Below, piece by piece: positions 10,036-19,566 of a stretch of DNA of 64,000 bases (positions are counted from its first letter, which is position 1; each line of letters starts with the position of its first letter). The notes beneath the pieces were generated by a model. That model was not told the DNA's origin and did not search any database. It saw only the letters and a list, made by a program, of their open reading frames with translations. The stretch is from Candidatus Marinacidobacterales bacterium. GTDB taxonomy: Bacteria > Acidobacteriota > Vicinamibacteria > Marinacidobacterales > DATDRI01. The translations under genes were made by a program, and so were the position numbers. The DNA lies in the NCBI GenBank assembly GCA_965226495.1, contig OZ245365.1, forward strand, positions 3,520,001-3,584,000. Direction: 5' to 3'.

Positions 10036-11484
10036 TCAGGATCTGCCGATGGCGACGAGCCATCCTTCAAGCGCGCGGACCGCCTCTTCGAGAGCAGGCA
10101 CGTTGGAATCCGCTCGCCCCCTGGCCGCCCCGCCCCCACCTCGCTCTGGAGGCGTAGGTTCCTCAGACGCTTTGACTAACATCTCCAGCTCTTCCAGACG
10201 GCCGCGCAGGTCCACATTGTCCGGCTGGGTGGCAACGAGTTGCCGATACACCCCGAGGGCTCGGTCGAGATGCCCCTGGGATGCGTAAAGCTCCGCCAAG
10301 GTCTCCGTGGCGAGACCCGGTTTGTCTTCTTCAATAGGTTCAATGGGCTCAACGGGTTCAGCTGGCGTGGGCCCTTCAGTGGCCCCGAAACCAACCCGCC
10401 CGACAGACCGGACAGGCTGGACGGGCTGGACGGGCTGGACAGGAGCTACCGGCTCATTCACCTGCTCTAGGAGCGACGGATCGAGTGGTATCGGCTCGAC
10501 ACTCTCAAGGGGCTCAATAGACTCGAGGGGCATCGGCTCCGATTGCATGGGTTCGTCGTCGGACGGTATTCCGAACTCCGGTTTAGATGAAGCCGGGGGT
10601 GACTCCCCCGTAGCAGGCGCGCTTTGCGGGACCATTGTGGGTGGCGTCGCGCTCTCGCTACCCTGCGGTGCCCCCGGTGGTGCCGATGGCGGCTCTGTCA
10701 GCTCTGTCAGGGGGGTCGGTTCCACTGAGACAGGGGTAACAGGGGAAACAGGGGCAGCAACGTCATCGGGAGCCCCCGGAGCGGCCCCCGGTGGCTCATC
10801 ACTCTTCTTCACAGGTTGGGGAATGGAGCCTAGGTCCATGATCTCCCGAGCCTGTCGCTTGAAGATCGAAGTGACCGGCTGATCTTCGATCTCCTCTTGC
10901 ATCGAGCGGACATCCTCCGACAAGAAGTCAGACCCGCCGATCTCGCTAGCCTGCCTCTCGATGAGGGAAGATGAAGCCGGCCTCGCAGGGGGTATCGTCG
11001 GGGACATGCTTTGCTCGCCTATCGAGGGCGTGCCGGCATCACCTTCAGGCGGCCGGGAAGCCGACTGGGCGGGCGCCGCTGGAGCGGCGATGGCCGCCTC
11101 GACCTGGCCGATACGATCGACCAGATCGGTGTCTTCCGGCGACAAGGTACTCGCGAGTTGGTACTTCGAGAGCGCCTCTTGAAGGTGCCCAAGCCCTTGG
11201 TACGTTGCTCCGAGGAACTTCAACGCGAGGAGATTGTCCGGCACCTGCTGCAGTACCTTCTCGAACTCCTCGCGGGCTTCCTCGAGCGCGTTCGACTCGA
11301 GAAGCGCCCGGCCTAATGCGACCCGGGCGGAGAAGTAATTGGGGTGTTTCTCGAGGCCGTCGCGACAGGTTGCGATGGCATCCTCTTGAAGGCCGGCTTT
11401 GCGATACTCCTCGGCGAGCTGGACGAAGATCTTGGAGTTGGGGTCGGCGACTAGCCGCTTTTCCAGATCTTCAATCCGACTCAT
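10036..11484 (-). CDS. TPR protein with long Pro/Glu-rich linker
   Basis: N-terminal TPRs (FVQLAEEYRKAG, ARVALGRALL), C-terminal TPR (TETLAELYASQGH), low-complexity middle. Confidence 0.85.
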   Translation of the reverse strand: MSRIEDLEKRLVADPNSKIFVQLAEEYRKAGLQEDAIATCRDGLEKHPNYFSARVALGRALLESNALEEAREEFEKVLQQVPDNLLALKFLGATYQGLGHLQEALSKYQLASTLSPEDTDLVDRIGQVEAAIAAPAAPAQSASRPPEGDAGTPSIGEQSMSPTIPPARPASSSLIERQASEIGGSDFLSEDVRSMQEEIEDQPVTSIFKRQAREIMDLGSIPQPVKKSDEPPGAAPGAPDDVAAPVSPVTPVSVEPTPLTELTEPPSAPPGAPQGSESATPPTMVPQSAPATGESPPASSKPEFGIPSDDEPMQSEPMPLESIEPLESVEPIPLDPSLLEQVNEPVAPVQPVQPVQPVRSVGRVGFGATEGPTPAEPVEPIEPIEEDKPGLATETLAELYASQGHLDRALGVYRQLVATQPDNVDLRGRLEELEMLVKASEEPTPPERGGGGAARGRADSNVPALEEAVRALEGWLVAIGRS

Positions 11485-11515
11485 CTTGGGTTCGCTTTAT
11501 ACCAGTGTAACGCAT

Positions 11516-11549
11516 AAAGGCGGAGCGGAACCATGTCCGCTCCGCCTTT
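11516..11549 (-). terminator. Intrinsic terminator-like hairpin downstream of the pil operon
   Basis: Perfect 14-bp stem AAAGGCGGAGCGGA / TCCGCTCCGCCTTT with 6-nt loop; ends in TTTA on the minus strand. Confidence 0.7.
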
Positions 11550-11606
11550 CGGATAGTGGTCGGCGGACTGACAGTCCGCTCTAGCTCAAAATACGCACCC
11601 CGAACA

Positions 11607-12466
11607 TCAGGAGTCCGGTCCCGCAACCGTGATGCTCACAGTACAGGTCGCTTGAGTACCGGTTTGCGATTCGGTCGTGGTGAGCCGGACGACGTAGGTT
11701 CTCGTCCTCCCGGCCAGGATGCCAGACTCAAACGCATACGCCACGTTCCGCTCCGCTCCGCTGGACCAGTCTCCGTGTTCGCATCGCCGTCGGCATCCGT
11801 ACTGTCGAACGTCCACTCGTATCGCGCGATCGGGAAGCCTCCGGCACCGGAGATCTGGGTCGCGGTGAAGAAGATCAATTGGCCGACGTCGTAGAAGGTT
11901 TGCACCGGCTCGACCAGAATGCTGCAGGCCACTCCGCCCGGGAAGTTGGGTCGATTCGCGGCACGCAGGAAGATGTCCACCTGGCGGAAGACCGCGTCCC
12001 GAAAGTCGTTCCCCTCTGGCCGCCCGGTTACAGTTACGACGATGTCGTTCTCTTGATCGGTCCGAAAGGGTGACCAGTAGCGGACGCGAGCCACCCCGTT
12101 TCCGTTGGTGGTGCCAGTAACGGTCTCCGGTCGGTTAGGGCCACCGGGGATCGGACGCGACTCGTTCAGTTTAGAGAGGACCCCGATGTCGGAGAAGTTA
12201 CTGGCGCCCCTCGCCAACAGGTCGAAGACGACGGGCGCATTGGCGGCGGGATTACCGTCCGGGCCACGCAATGTGGCTTCGATGACCGAGCTCGAGCTCC
12301 CGTTCGCGGTAAGCTGATCGGGATTGGCGCTCAGGCCAAGAGACGCCGCCAGCTCCGAGGGACCGGCCAAGGCCGGCCGGTTGGTTTTGTCGAGGTTACA
12401 GCCCGCTTGGCCTAGGGCCGCCGGAATCAGCGCTAATGCTAGCACCCACTTGAGTCTATTCCACAT
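11607..12466 (-). pseudogene. Lipoprotein with Ig-like (invasin/Big-1-like) and PKD-like domains, frameshifted near the 3' end
   Basis: Lipobox-like GQAG-C; ANPDQLTANGSSSSVIEATLR Ig-like segment; YEWTF followed by a PKD-like tail in another frame; frameshift at (AGCGG)x3. Confidence 0.65.
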
Positions 12467-12479
12467 GAACGCCTCCGTG

Positions 12480-13145
12480 CTAGTTGGCTGCAGCTGCAGC
12501 TGAAGCAAAATCAGCGAAATGGATGTTGAGGAACGACTTGGCCGAAATCTCTCGGCCCGCGCCGTCGGTGCCGAAGAACTCGACCTCGGCAATGACGGAA
12601 AGGACGAGAGCCCCCCCGCCGAACGCGAGTTTGGCTAGCGGGGCTTCGAGCTTCGCCTGATCTCGTACAATGACGAAGCTTCTGGTCGCCGTGCCGGCAT
12701 CGACCGCCACTGTGAAGTTCGCGGCGCCATCGAAAGGAAAAGGCACGTCGACGCCTGGCGTGTTCCGTCCGTCGGAGCGAACGAACCTCACCCTATAGGC
12801 TCCGAACGAGCCGGATCACGAGCGGAACGTCACATCGTTGAAGAAGGAAGTCGCGGACTGAATCGGGTTCTTCAGAGTGACCGAGATTTCGACGACCCCG
12901 AAATCGGCTGCGACGGTGCAGGTCCCGTCGGTGAAGCTATCGTTAGAGCAGATATCGGACTGTAGGTCGTCGGTTGGCGAACCGGTCGGGGACCCGGCCG
13001 CGCCCTGCATGTTCTCGATGACGACGACCGTGTTGGTTGTATCTTGCTCCAACACGTTCGGAGTGCTGCAGCTAGCAAGTTGCAGGCCAAGCACCGCCGA
13101 GATGAGTAGGAACGCTTTAGATTTGAGAAACGAAGTCATTCCCAT
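12480..13145 (-). pseudogene. Lipoprotein downstream of pilQ interrupted by an in-frame TGA (12816-12818)
   Basis: Lipobox LAS-C; ORFs 12816-13145 and 12480-12791 share one frame, reading NDVTFRS*SGSFGAYRVRFVRSDGRNTPGVDVP. Confidence 0.65.
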
Positions 13146-13150
13146 ACCTC

Positions 13151-15778
13151 CTAAACCTCGCCCTTCCGGATCCTGGGGGTGAGAAAAATCAGGAGCTCCT
13201 GGTTCTCGTCCTGTTTCTGATCCGTTTTGAACAGATTTCCCAGGATGGGAATCTTATGTAGCAAGGGCACAAATTGTTGGGAACTCGCTTGGCTATTGAC
13301 GAAGACGCCACCAATGACGGTGGTGGACCCATCCGCGACCAGAACTTGAGTCGTCGCGGACTGAGTGATGATGCTCGGGATTCCGTTCACCGAACGACCG
13401 AAGTCCGCAGTGTCGTTATTGAGCTCGATGTCGAGAATGATGGTATCCGACGACGTGATTTGTGGCGTGACGAGTAGCTCGAGCACCGCGTCCTTAAAGG
13501 TCACGGTAACTGTGTTATTCGCCACGACCTGCACCGGGAAGGTCAGGCCTTGTTTTATCTCGGCGGGCTTGTTGTTCTGCGTAATGATCTTGGGCGATGA
13601 AATGATCCGTACCTGCCCATTCGCCTCGGCAGCTGCCAGCGCGACATCAATGCTGAAGGCGCCGGAGATGCTTCCCAATGCGAGTCCGATGGCTCCGCTG
13701 GGCGCCGTCGGGATGGGCAGGTTCACCGCATAGCCACGCTGTTCGCCGCCGCCGACCAACGGAGGTGTCACGCCAGGGTTTCGTGGAGCGGGAGCAACGA
13801 ACCCTTGCTCCAACTCGGAGCCGATGGACTGCCCATCGAGCAGGACGGAGTTGGGGAACGTGAGCTCCTGGCTGTTCCCGAACGCCGCGTTGGAGTTCCC
13901 GGTGAAACCCCACTGGATTCCCAAGTTGCGGGTAAAGATCCGCGTGGTCACGACGACGCGGGCCGCAATCTCGACACCGGGGATAGGCGCATCCAGGGTG
14001 TCGATGAGGCTATCGATGGTATCGAGCCGATCGGAAAGGTCGGTGATGATGAGCGTGTTGGTCCGGTTGTCGATGGCAATGTCGCCGCGAGCGGAAAGGT
14101 TCCGCTGCACGAGTGACTGCACGTCGGCCGCCTTTGCGTACGAGAGCTCGCGGAGCATGGTGCTCAGATTTCCGGCCAAGGCCTGTTCCTCGGCCAGCCG
14201 GCGTCGGTCCGCCTCCACCTGCGCTAGCTCGGTAAGAGGAGCGATACGGATGACATTGCCCTCCACGACGTAGCCCAGACGGTGCGACTTGAGGATGAGA
14301 TCCAGGGCCTGGTCCCACGGGACCTCGGTGAGCACCAATGTGATCCTCCCGGCAACGCCAGGCTGAACGACGATGTTGAGCCCGCTAATATCTGCGAACA
14401 GACGAAAGATGTCCTGAATGTCACCGTCTTTGAAATCGAGACTGATGAGCTCTCCGGTGAATGCGGTTTGATCTCCACCGATCGTGGCCCTCTGCATTAC
14501 ACGCTGACCGGGAACATCCGCGGCTCCCGCCGAGGGTGGTTCTTGAAACGGCGGTTCCGGGAGTCCCGGCATAGGGGCAGCGAGTCCGCTATCGGGTGCC
14601 GCCTGGGCGGGGTTTAGGCTCTGCGCCACCACCGCCACCGGCTTCATAGAGGCAACCGGCGAGTTGGATTCGTCGAAACCGTAATCCGGATACTCGCGCG
14701 GTGTTTCCGAGCCGCCGTTCCCGACCATCGTAATCTGAACGGTGCCCTCCGACGCGGGCGGAGGACCGAGAGCGGCAAGCCGGTCGGCAGAAGTCGAGAA
14801 GTATATCTTCAGGTCATTCCCTTCGGAGACGGCTCGATGGAGAATGTCGGAATCAAGATCGAACACGATGCGAGTGATCTTCGGGTTGGCGCTCTGAAAC
14901 TGCGCCACCCGCACGCGATAAACTCCTACCGCATCGATGGGTATTCTCCCGGTCTCCACACGGTTGAGCGTTCCAGCGAAATCGAACACTAGGCGGCTCG
15001 GCTCATCCAAACGGAAGCTCGTGTAATTCAACCGACCGTCAGCTTCAACCGAGATGGTCAAAAGCCCCTCTGAAATCGAGTGAGATACCGCATCGATGAA
15101 GGAAGCGGTTCGGGTTGATTGGGGAGGTTCCACGTAACTGGGAGCGCTCGAGACCGACGGAACTTCCAGCGAGGCGTCTTGTGGCTTCGGCTCGTGTTGT
15201 TGAGGAAGCTCGCTACTCGTTACCTCGGGCCGCTCCATCGCGACATCCGACACGGGTTCATTGCTGGAAGACGACTCGGTCAGGTCTGCTAGTGGCGCCG
15301 GGTCCTTGGCACCATCGCTGGCGGTATTAACAGGTACCGATTCAGGTGGCGATTCCGCACCCTCGAAAAGAATCGTTAGCGCGTGCTCGCCCGCCGAGAT
15401 CTGGTAGGGAACGAGTGAGCCTAGCTTTATCTCGATCCGGGAAAGGCTCTTCCCGCTCGAACCGTCGAGGCGAGTGGCACTAATGGACTCGACTTCCTGA
15501 CTCCCAACGACGGTGTGCTCTGCTATTGCCGTGATATCGGTGCCAGGTAAGTCGATGACCAGCGTCAGCGGGTCAGGGCTGTAATGGGTGTAGAACAGCG
15601 TGCCGCCCGTCTCGAACCACACTCGAGTACGCGCCGGCTCGACGTGATAGCGGACAGCGCGAATCACCGTCTCACTCACCCCGACTGGGGTGCTCTGGGC
15701 CGCCAAAACTGACAGACCCGACAAAACAATCACGGGAGCAAGGAGCGCTGCCCGAACAATTGACCAACGTTTCATCAT
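13151..15778 (-). CDS. pilQ: Type IV pilus secretin with AMIN domains
   Basis: ISLDFKDGDI, VPWDQALDLIL, DNRTNTLII, secretin C-terminus IPILGNLFK...ELLIFLTPRI; AMIN motif EPSRLVFDF; ATGA overlap with pilP. Confidence 0.95.
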   Translation of the reverse strand: MMKRWSIVRAALLAPVIVLSGLSVLAAQSTPVGVSETVIRAVRYHVEPARTRVWFETGGTLFYTHYSPDPLTLVIDLPGTDITAIAEHTVVGSQEVESISATRLDGSSGKSLSRIEIKLGSLVPYQISAGEHALTILFEGAESPPESVPVNTASDGAKDPAPLADLTESSSSNEPVSDVAMERPEVTSSELPQQHEPKPQDASLEVPSVSSAPSYVEPPQSTRTASFIDAVSHSISEGLLTISVEADGRLNYTSFRLDEPSRLVFDFAGTLNRVETGRIPIDAVGVYRVRVAQFQSANPKITRIVFDLDSDILHRAVSEGNDLKIYFSTSADRLAALGPPPASEGTVQITMVGNGGSETPREYPDYGFDESNSPVASMKPVAVVAQSLNPAQAAPDSGLAAPMPGLPEPPFQEPPSAGAADVPGQRVMQRATIGGDQTAFTGELISLDFKDGDIQDIFRLFADISGLNIVVQPGVAGRITLVLTEVPWDQALDLILKSHRLGYVVEGNVIRIAPLTELAQVEADRRRLAEEQALAGNLSTMLRELSYAKAADVQSLVQRNLSARGDIAIDNRTNTLIITDLSDRLDTIDSLIDTLDAPIPGVEIAARVVVTTRIFTRNLGIQWGFTGNSNAAFGNSQELTFPNSVLLDGQSIGSELEQGFVAPAPRNPGVTPPLVGGGEQRGYAVNLPIPTAPSGAIGLALGSISGAFSIDVALAAAEANGQVRIISSPKIITQNNKPAEIKQGLTFPVQVVANNTVTVTFKDAVLELLVTPQITSSDTIILDIELNNDTADFGRSVNGIPSIITQSATTQVLVADGSTTVIGGVFVNSQASSQQFVPLLHKIPILGNLFKTDQKQDENQELLIFLTPRIRKGEV

Positions 15779-16308
15779 TGCCCCTCCTCCACCGGATGGA
15801 GCCATTTTTCCAGTCTTTGGAACTTCTCTATTCGCAAGGGGTCGTTGATTTCCTGGCGGAAAACAACTTTTTGGGAGTCAATCGATTCGATCATACCGTC
15901 GTACATTCGCACCCCTTCCCGGGCAAAGTAACTCTTGTTGTCCGTACCCTGGATCATGGCGATGTAGCCTTCCGATGTCTTGACAAAACCGCGCAAGCTC
16001 ACTTCCTGAATGAGCATGCCGCCCAGTCCGGGTAGTCTTTCCTCCGGAGGCAAGATGTTCAACCCGAGTGCCAAACTGATGAAGGGGTCCCTTCGGCCGC
16101 GAGCGTCGTAGTTGAAACCGGTTCCCTCTAGTTGTATTTCGTCAGGGACCACGGGAACCTCTGCCTGACCTTGAGACCCCTGCGTCGATTCTCCTCCACC
16201 ACCCTCTTCCTGAGCGCGGACCCCCGGGACACTCGTCACGAAGACCATCACCAAGATGCTCGTCGCGCGACCAACCCTAAAGGGCCTCAAGAACATTTCA
16301 GACCGCAT
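15775..16308 (-). CDS. pilP: Type IV pilus assembly protein PilP
   Basis: YDARGRRDPF motif; lies between pilO and pilQ. Confidence 0.82.
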   Translation of the reverse strand: MRSEMFLRPFRVGRATSILVMVFVTSVPGVRAQEEGGGGESTQGSQGQAEVPVVPDEIQLEGTGFNYDARGRRDPFISLALGLNILPPEERLPGLGGMLIQEVSLRGFVKTSEGYIAMIQGTDNKSYFAREGVRMYDGMIESIDSQKVVFRQEINDPLRIEKFQRLEKWLHPVEEGQ

Positions 16309-16332
16309 GGCTTCGCTCCCTTAGGTCCCGAC

Positions 16333-16938
16333 TCAGCGGCGTCTCCGCCCCTTCTTCTCCTTCGACGGCGCCGGCGCTTGCCTTTCGATGAAAACGAAGG
16401 TTGTGGCGGTGCATGTGGCTCGAATCGTCGACGAAGCAGTTGGTTTGTTCTGCGCAGTGATCTTCAGGTTGCTCACGTTCACTATTCGAGACAGCTTGCT
16501 CAATCTGTCGAAGAAGTAGGCAAGGTTGTGGTACGTCCCATTCAAGTCCAAACTGATCGGCCACTTCGCGTAGAAGTCGGCGGGCTGCGTGGCCTCCGGC
16601 TTAAAGCGAAGCACATTGAGGTTCGACTGAGCGGCGAGTGCCTGCACTTTGCGAAGGAGGTCATCCACCTCTTTGCTGTCGGGGAGAATCCGCGAAAGCG
16701 TTTGCAGCTGTGCTTCGCGCCTCTCCACCTCGCGCTTGAATTCAGGAAGCTTGGCGGCGGTGAGTTTGCCGCTCTCGACCTCATCGGAAAGCGCTTGGCG
16801 TTCTTGTTGTTTCGTCACGATGTCTTCTTCCATGCCGCTATAGATGAGGTAGTGGAATCCGAAGTAGAAAGCCAGTGCGAGAACTGCGAAGAGGGCCAGC
16901 TGAGCACCGAAGGACATTTTTCCCATATCGAGAGCCAT
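16333..16938 (-). CDS. pilO: Type IV pilus assembly protein PilO
   Basis: TM + coiled coil, ILPDSKEVDDLL, GTYHNLAYFFDRLSKLSRIVNV. Confidence 0.92.
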   Translation of the reverse strand: MALDMGKMSFGAQLALFAVLALAFYFGFHYLIYSGMEEDIVTKQQERQALSDEVESGKLTAAKLPEFKREVERREAQLQTLSRILPDSKEVDDLLRKVQALAAQSNLNVLRFKPEATQPADFYAKWPISLDLNGTYHNLAYFFDRLSKLSRIVNVSNLKITAQNKPTASSTIRATCTATTFVFIERQAPAPSKEKKGRRRR

Positions 16939-16954
16939 GGCTATCCTCCTCCCC

Positions 16955-17596
16955 TCACCTTGAACCGCCGGCAGCTGCCGGCTGGTCGCCCGCCGCTTGT
17001 GGGATCTTCGGGGGAACCACTTGGGCGCGTAGTTGGAAAGTCGTGAACTCCGACTTGTCCGCCTTGGCGTCGATGAGCTCTACGTTGCGAAAGTAATCGG
17101 TGTCCTCGAGCTTGCGGATGTAGTCGGCGATGCTCACGTAAGAAGCCGCCATCCCGTTTACCGCGACACCGCCGCCGGTCTGCGTGAGGTTAGTCAGCCA
17201 GATGAAGTCCGGAAGCTGGGCGGAGAGTTCGTCCAGCATTCGTACCGGACCCGCCCGTTCGCTCATGAGACGTTGAATGAGCTCCTCCTTCTCCTTGAGC
17301 TCCTTCAACTGCTTCTGATACTCGTTGACTTGGCTGATAATCGTCGCTAGTCGAGCTTTCTCTTGGTTGAGAGAGGCGATTTCCTGATCCAAGTCGGAGA
17401 GGGTTTGTTGGGCGCTCCACCATCGGAAGCCAATAAAGGCGAGGGTCCCTCCCAAGATCACGATGGCCAGGAGAAGACCACTCTTTTCGGAAGGTTCAGA
17501 AGGAATTCCCGGTTCCGGTCCCTGGCCACCACCGCCGCCAAAAACTCCCCCCCGTGCCGCCGGCTCTTTAGATCCTAAAAGGTTGACCTTGATCAT
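16955..17596 (-). CDS. pilN: Type IV pilus assembly protein PilN
   Basis: MIKVNLL N-terminal PilM-binding motif, TM, LPDFIWLT. Confidence 0.92.
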   Translation of the reverse strand: MIKVNLLGSKEPAARGGVFGGGGGQGPEPGIPSEPSEKSGLLLAIVILGGTLAFIGFRWWSAQQTLSDLDQEIASLNQEKARLATIISQVNEYQKQLKELKEKEELIQRLMSERAGPVRMLDELSAQLPDFIWLTNLTQTGGGVAVNGMAASYVSIADYIRKLEDTDYFRNVELIDAKADKSEFTTFQLRAQVVPPKIPQAAGDQPAAAGGSR

Positions 17597-18651
17597 TACT
17601 CACCCGGCTTTCTCAGAGCCAACCCGACCGCGATGGCACAGGCGGGCCCCACTTCTTGGAGATACTCCGCATCGAAGTCTTTCGGGCTGTAGCTGACGCT
17701 CTGAAACGGGTCGAACAGCTCGACGCGGGTGTCGAACCGCTCGGCCATTTTGTCGTGCAAGCCGACAACCCTTGCGCTCCCTCCGCTCAAAACAATGAGA
17801 TCAATGCGGTCCTCCGACGTTGTAGCCTTGAAGAAATCGAACGTCTTCTGGATCTCCATTAACACGGTCTCAGTGACCTGGTCGATGATGGGGATCACCG
17901 ATTCCATTCCCTGGCCACCCTGTCCTGTTTTGAGATTTTCAGCCTGCTCGAAATTGACGCTTAGGTCCTTCTGGATTGCATCGGTGTACTGATTACCCCC
18001 AACGGTGGTGATGTCGCGGGTAAAGATCGAACTATCGCCCTTGAGGGCATTAATGTTGGCCTGGCTGGCGCCGATATTCACCAGGGCCACGATCCGGCCG
18101 GGCCCGGCGCCGTAGTTGACATCGTAGGCGTTCTGGAGAGCGAAGGCATCGATATCCATCACGACCGGGTTTCGGCCCGCCTGGTTGATGACGCTCATAT
18201 AGTCGTTGATTTTGTCCTTCTTCGCGGCTACGAGCAGGATGTCCATGTTCCCGCCGGCGGCGCCTGGATCCAAGACTTGGTAGTCGAGGTTGACATCTTG
18301 GATATCGAAGGGGATGTACTGCTCGGCCTCCCAGTGTATGGACTCCGCTAGCTCCTGCTCGGTCATACTCGGGAGCTGTATCTTCTTAACAATCACTGAG
18401 TTACCGCTAATGGCCGTAGCCACTTCTTGCGTTTTGATCTTGTATTCGGCGAAAAGACGATGGATGGCGTCGATCACGGTCGTGGAGTCCATGATTTGGC
18501 CGTCCACAATGGCCTCCGGAGGGAGGTACTCGATGCCCACGTTGGCCAGCTCCCACGCGTCCCCCTTGGCAGGCTTGACCTCGACCGCTTTGATGGAGCT
18601 TGAGCCGATGTCCAACCCTACGAGGTTTTTCTTCTTGCCGAACAGAGCCAC
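17596..18651 (-). CDS. pilM: Type IV pilus assembly protein PilM (actin-like)
   Basis: VGLDIGSSSIK, WEAEQYIPF, VLSGGSA, AIAVGLALR. Confidence 0.95.
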   Translation of the reverse strand: MALFGKKKNLVGLDIGSSSIKAVEVKPAKGDAWELANVGIEYLPPEAIVDGQIMDSTTVIDAIHRLFAEYKIKTQEVATAISGNSVIVKKIQLPSMTEQELAESIHWEAEQYIPFDIQDVNLDYQVLDPGAAGGNMDILLVAAKKDKINDYMSVINQAGRNPVVMDIDAFALQNAYDVNYGAGPGRIVALVNIGASQANINALKGDSSIFTRDITTVGGNQYTDAIQKDLSVNFEQAENLKTGQGGQGMESVIPIIDQVTETVLMEIQKTFDFFKATTSEDRIDLIVLSGGSARVVGLHDKMAERFDTRVELFDPFQSVSYSPKDFDAEYLQEVGPACAIAVGLALRKPGE

Positions 18652-18721
18652 AGGTCCGTCTCCCCGCTAACCCATCTCGATTTGATGAAGACTTACTGGA
18701 AGAAAGTTAAAGTACTGTATG

Positions 18722-18751
18722 AGGCTACAGCATATAGATTCTATCTGTCAA
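18722..18751 (-). promoter_or_regulatory. Putative sigma70 promoter for pilM
   Basis: Minus strand TTGACA-18 nt-TAGCCT in AT-rich DNA; spacer holds inverted repeat ATAGA-A-TCTAT. Confidence 0.45.
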
Positions 18752-18964
18752 GAAAAAAAACATTCGTCTAAAAGTGAGTTTTGGCTTTGAGATAAACATT
18801 ATGAAACATGTTTGCCGATTCGTCAAGGGTTTCATGGGGCAGCCCCCCCCGTGGGGGTACCCCCACTGATTCGGGGCCCCCTCCGGCTCCTGGACCGTTC
18901 CCGAATTGAGAGTCCGCGGGTCAAAGTAAACCCGCGGAAACCCACGGCCGGGCCCGCTTTTTCC

Positions 18965-18993
18965 TTGACACCACCGCTAAGGACAGTTAAATT
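18965..18993 (+). promoter_or_regulatory. Putative sigma70 promoter for rplM operon
   Basis: TTGACA-17 nt-TAAATT. Confidence 0.65.
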
Positions 18994-19075
18994 GTCTGAT
19001 TGCCGTCCCGAGGCACTTAAAGTCGGGATGGTTTTCGTTTACCGCTGGAATCGAAAAAATCAGACTGTCTAGAAC

Positions 19076-19531
19076 TTGGAAAAATCAACAACGTTCCTCA
19101 AGAAAGCAGACATCGAGCGCCACTGGTATGTCGTGGACGCCGAGGGCCAAGTCCTCGGACGGCTGGCGAGTCGCATCGCCGGAGTCCTGACCGGCAAAGT
19201 GAAGCCTACCTACGCCCCGTTTCTCGATACCGGCGATCACGTCATCGTCATCAACGCCGAGAAGGTTCGACTCACCGGCGCCAAAGAGACCGGGAAGCAC
19301 TACTACCGCCATTCCGGATACCCGGGAGGAATTCGGGAGAAACGGGCGGAGGAGGTCCGCGCCAAACATCCGGAGAGGCTCATCGAGTCGGCGGTCCGCG
19401 GAATGCTTCCTAAGAATAAATTGGGCCGTGCCCAGTATAAAAAGCTGAAGGTCTACAGCGGTCCCAACCATCCGCACCAAGCGCAGCAGCCGCAGCAACT
19501 CGAAGCCGGAGTTGCTGCGCGAGCCAGCTAA
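19076..19531 (+). CDS. rplM: 50S ribosomal protein L13
   Basis: [36 protein letters not shown]. Confidence 0.98.
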   Translation: MEKSTTFLKKADIERHWYVVDAEGQVLGRLASRIAGVLTGKVKPTYAPFLDTGDHVIVINAEKVRLTGAKETGKHYYRHSGYPGGIREKRAEEVRAKHPERLIESAVRGMLPKNKLGRAQYKKLKVYSGPNHPHQAQQPQQLEAGVAARAS

Positions 19532-19566
19532 TCCACTAAAACGTAGACAGACAAAGCCAAATCACA

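Noticed and set aside
12816-12818. In-frame TGA as selenocysteine in the pilQ-downstream lipoprotein
   Set aside because: No redox motif context and no convincing SECIS seen; the TGA lies in an apparent 21-nt insertion flanked by direct repeats
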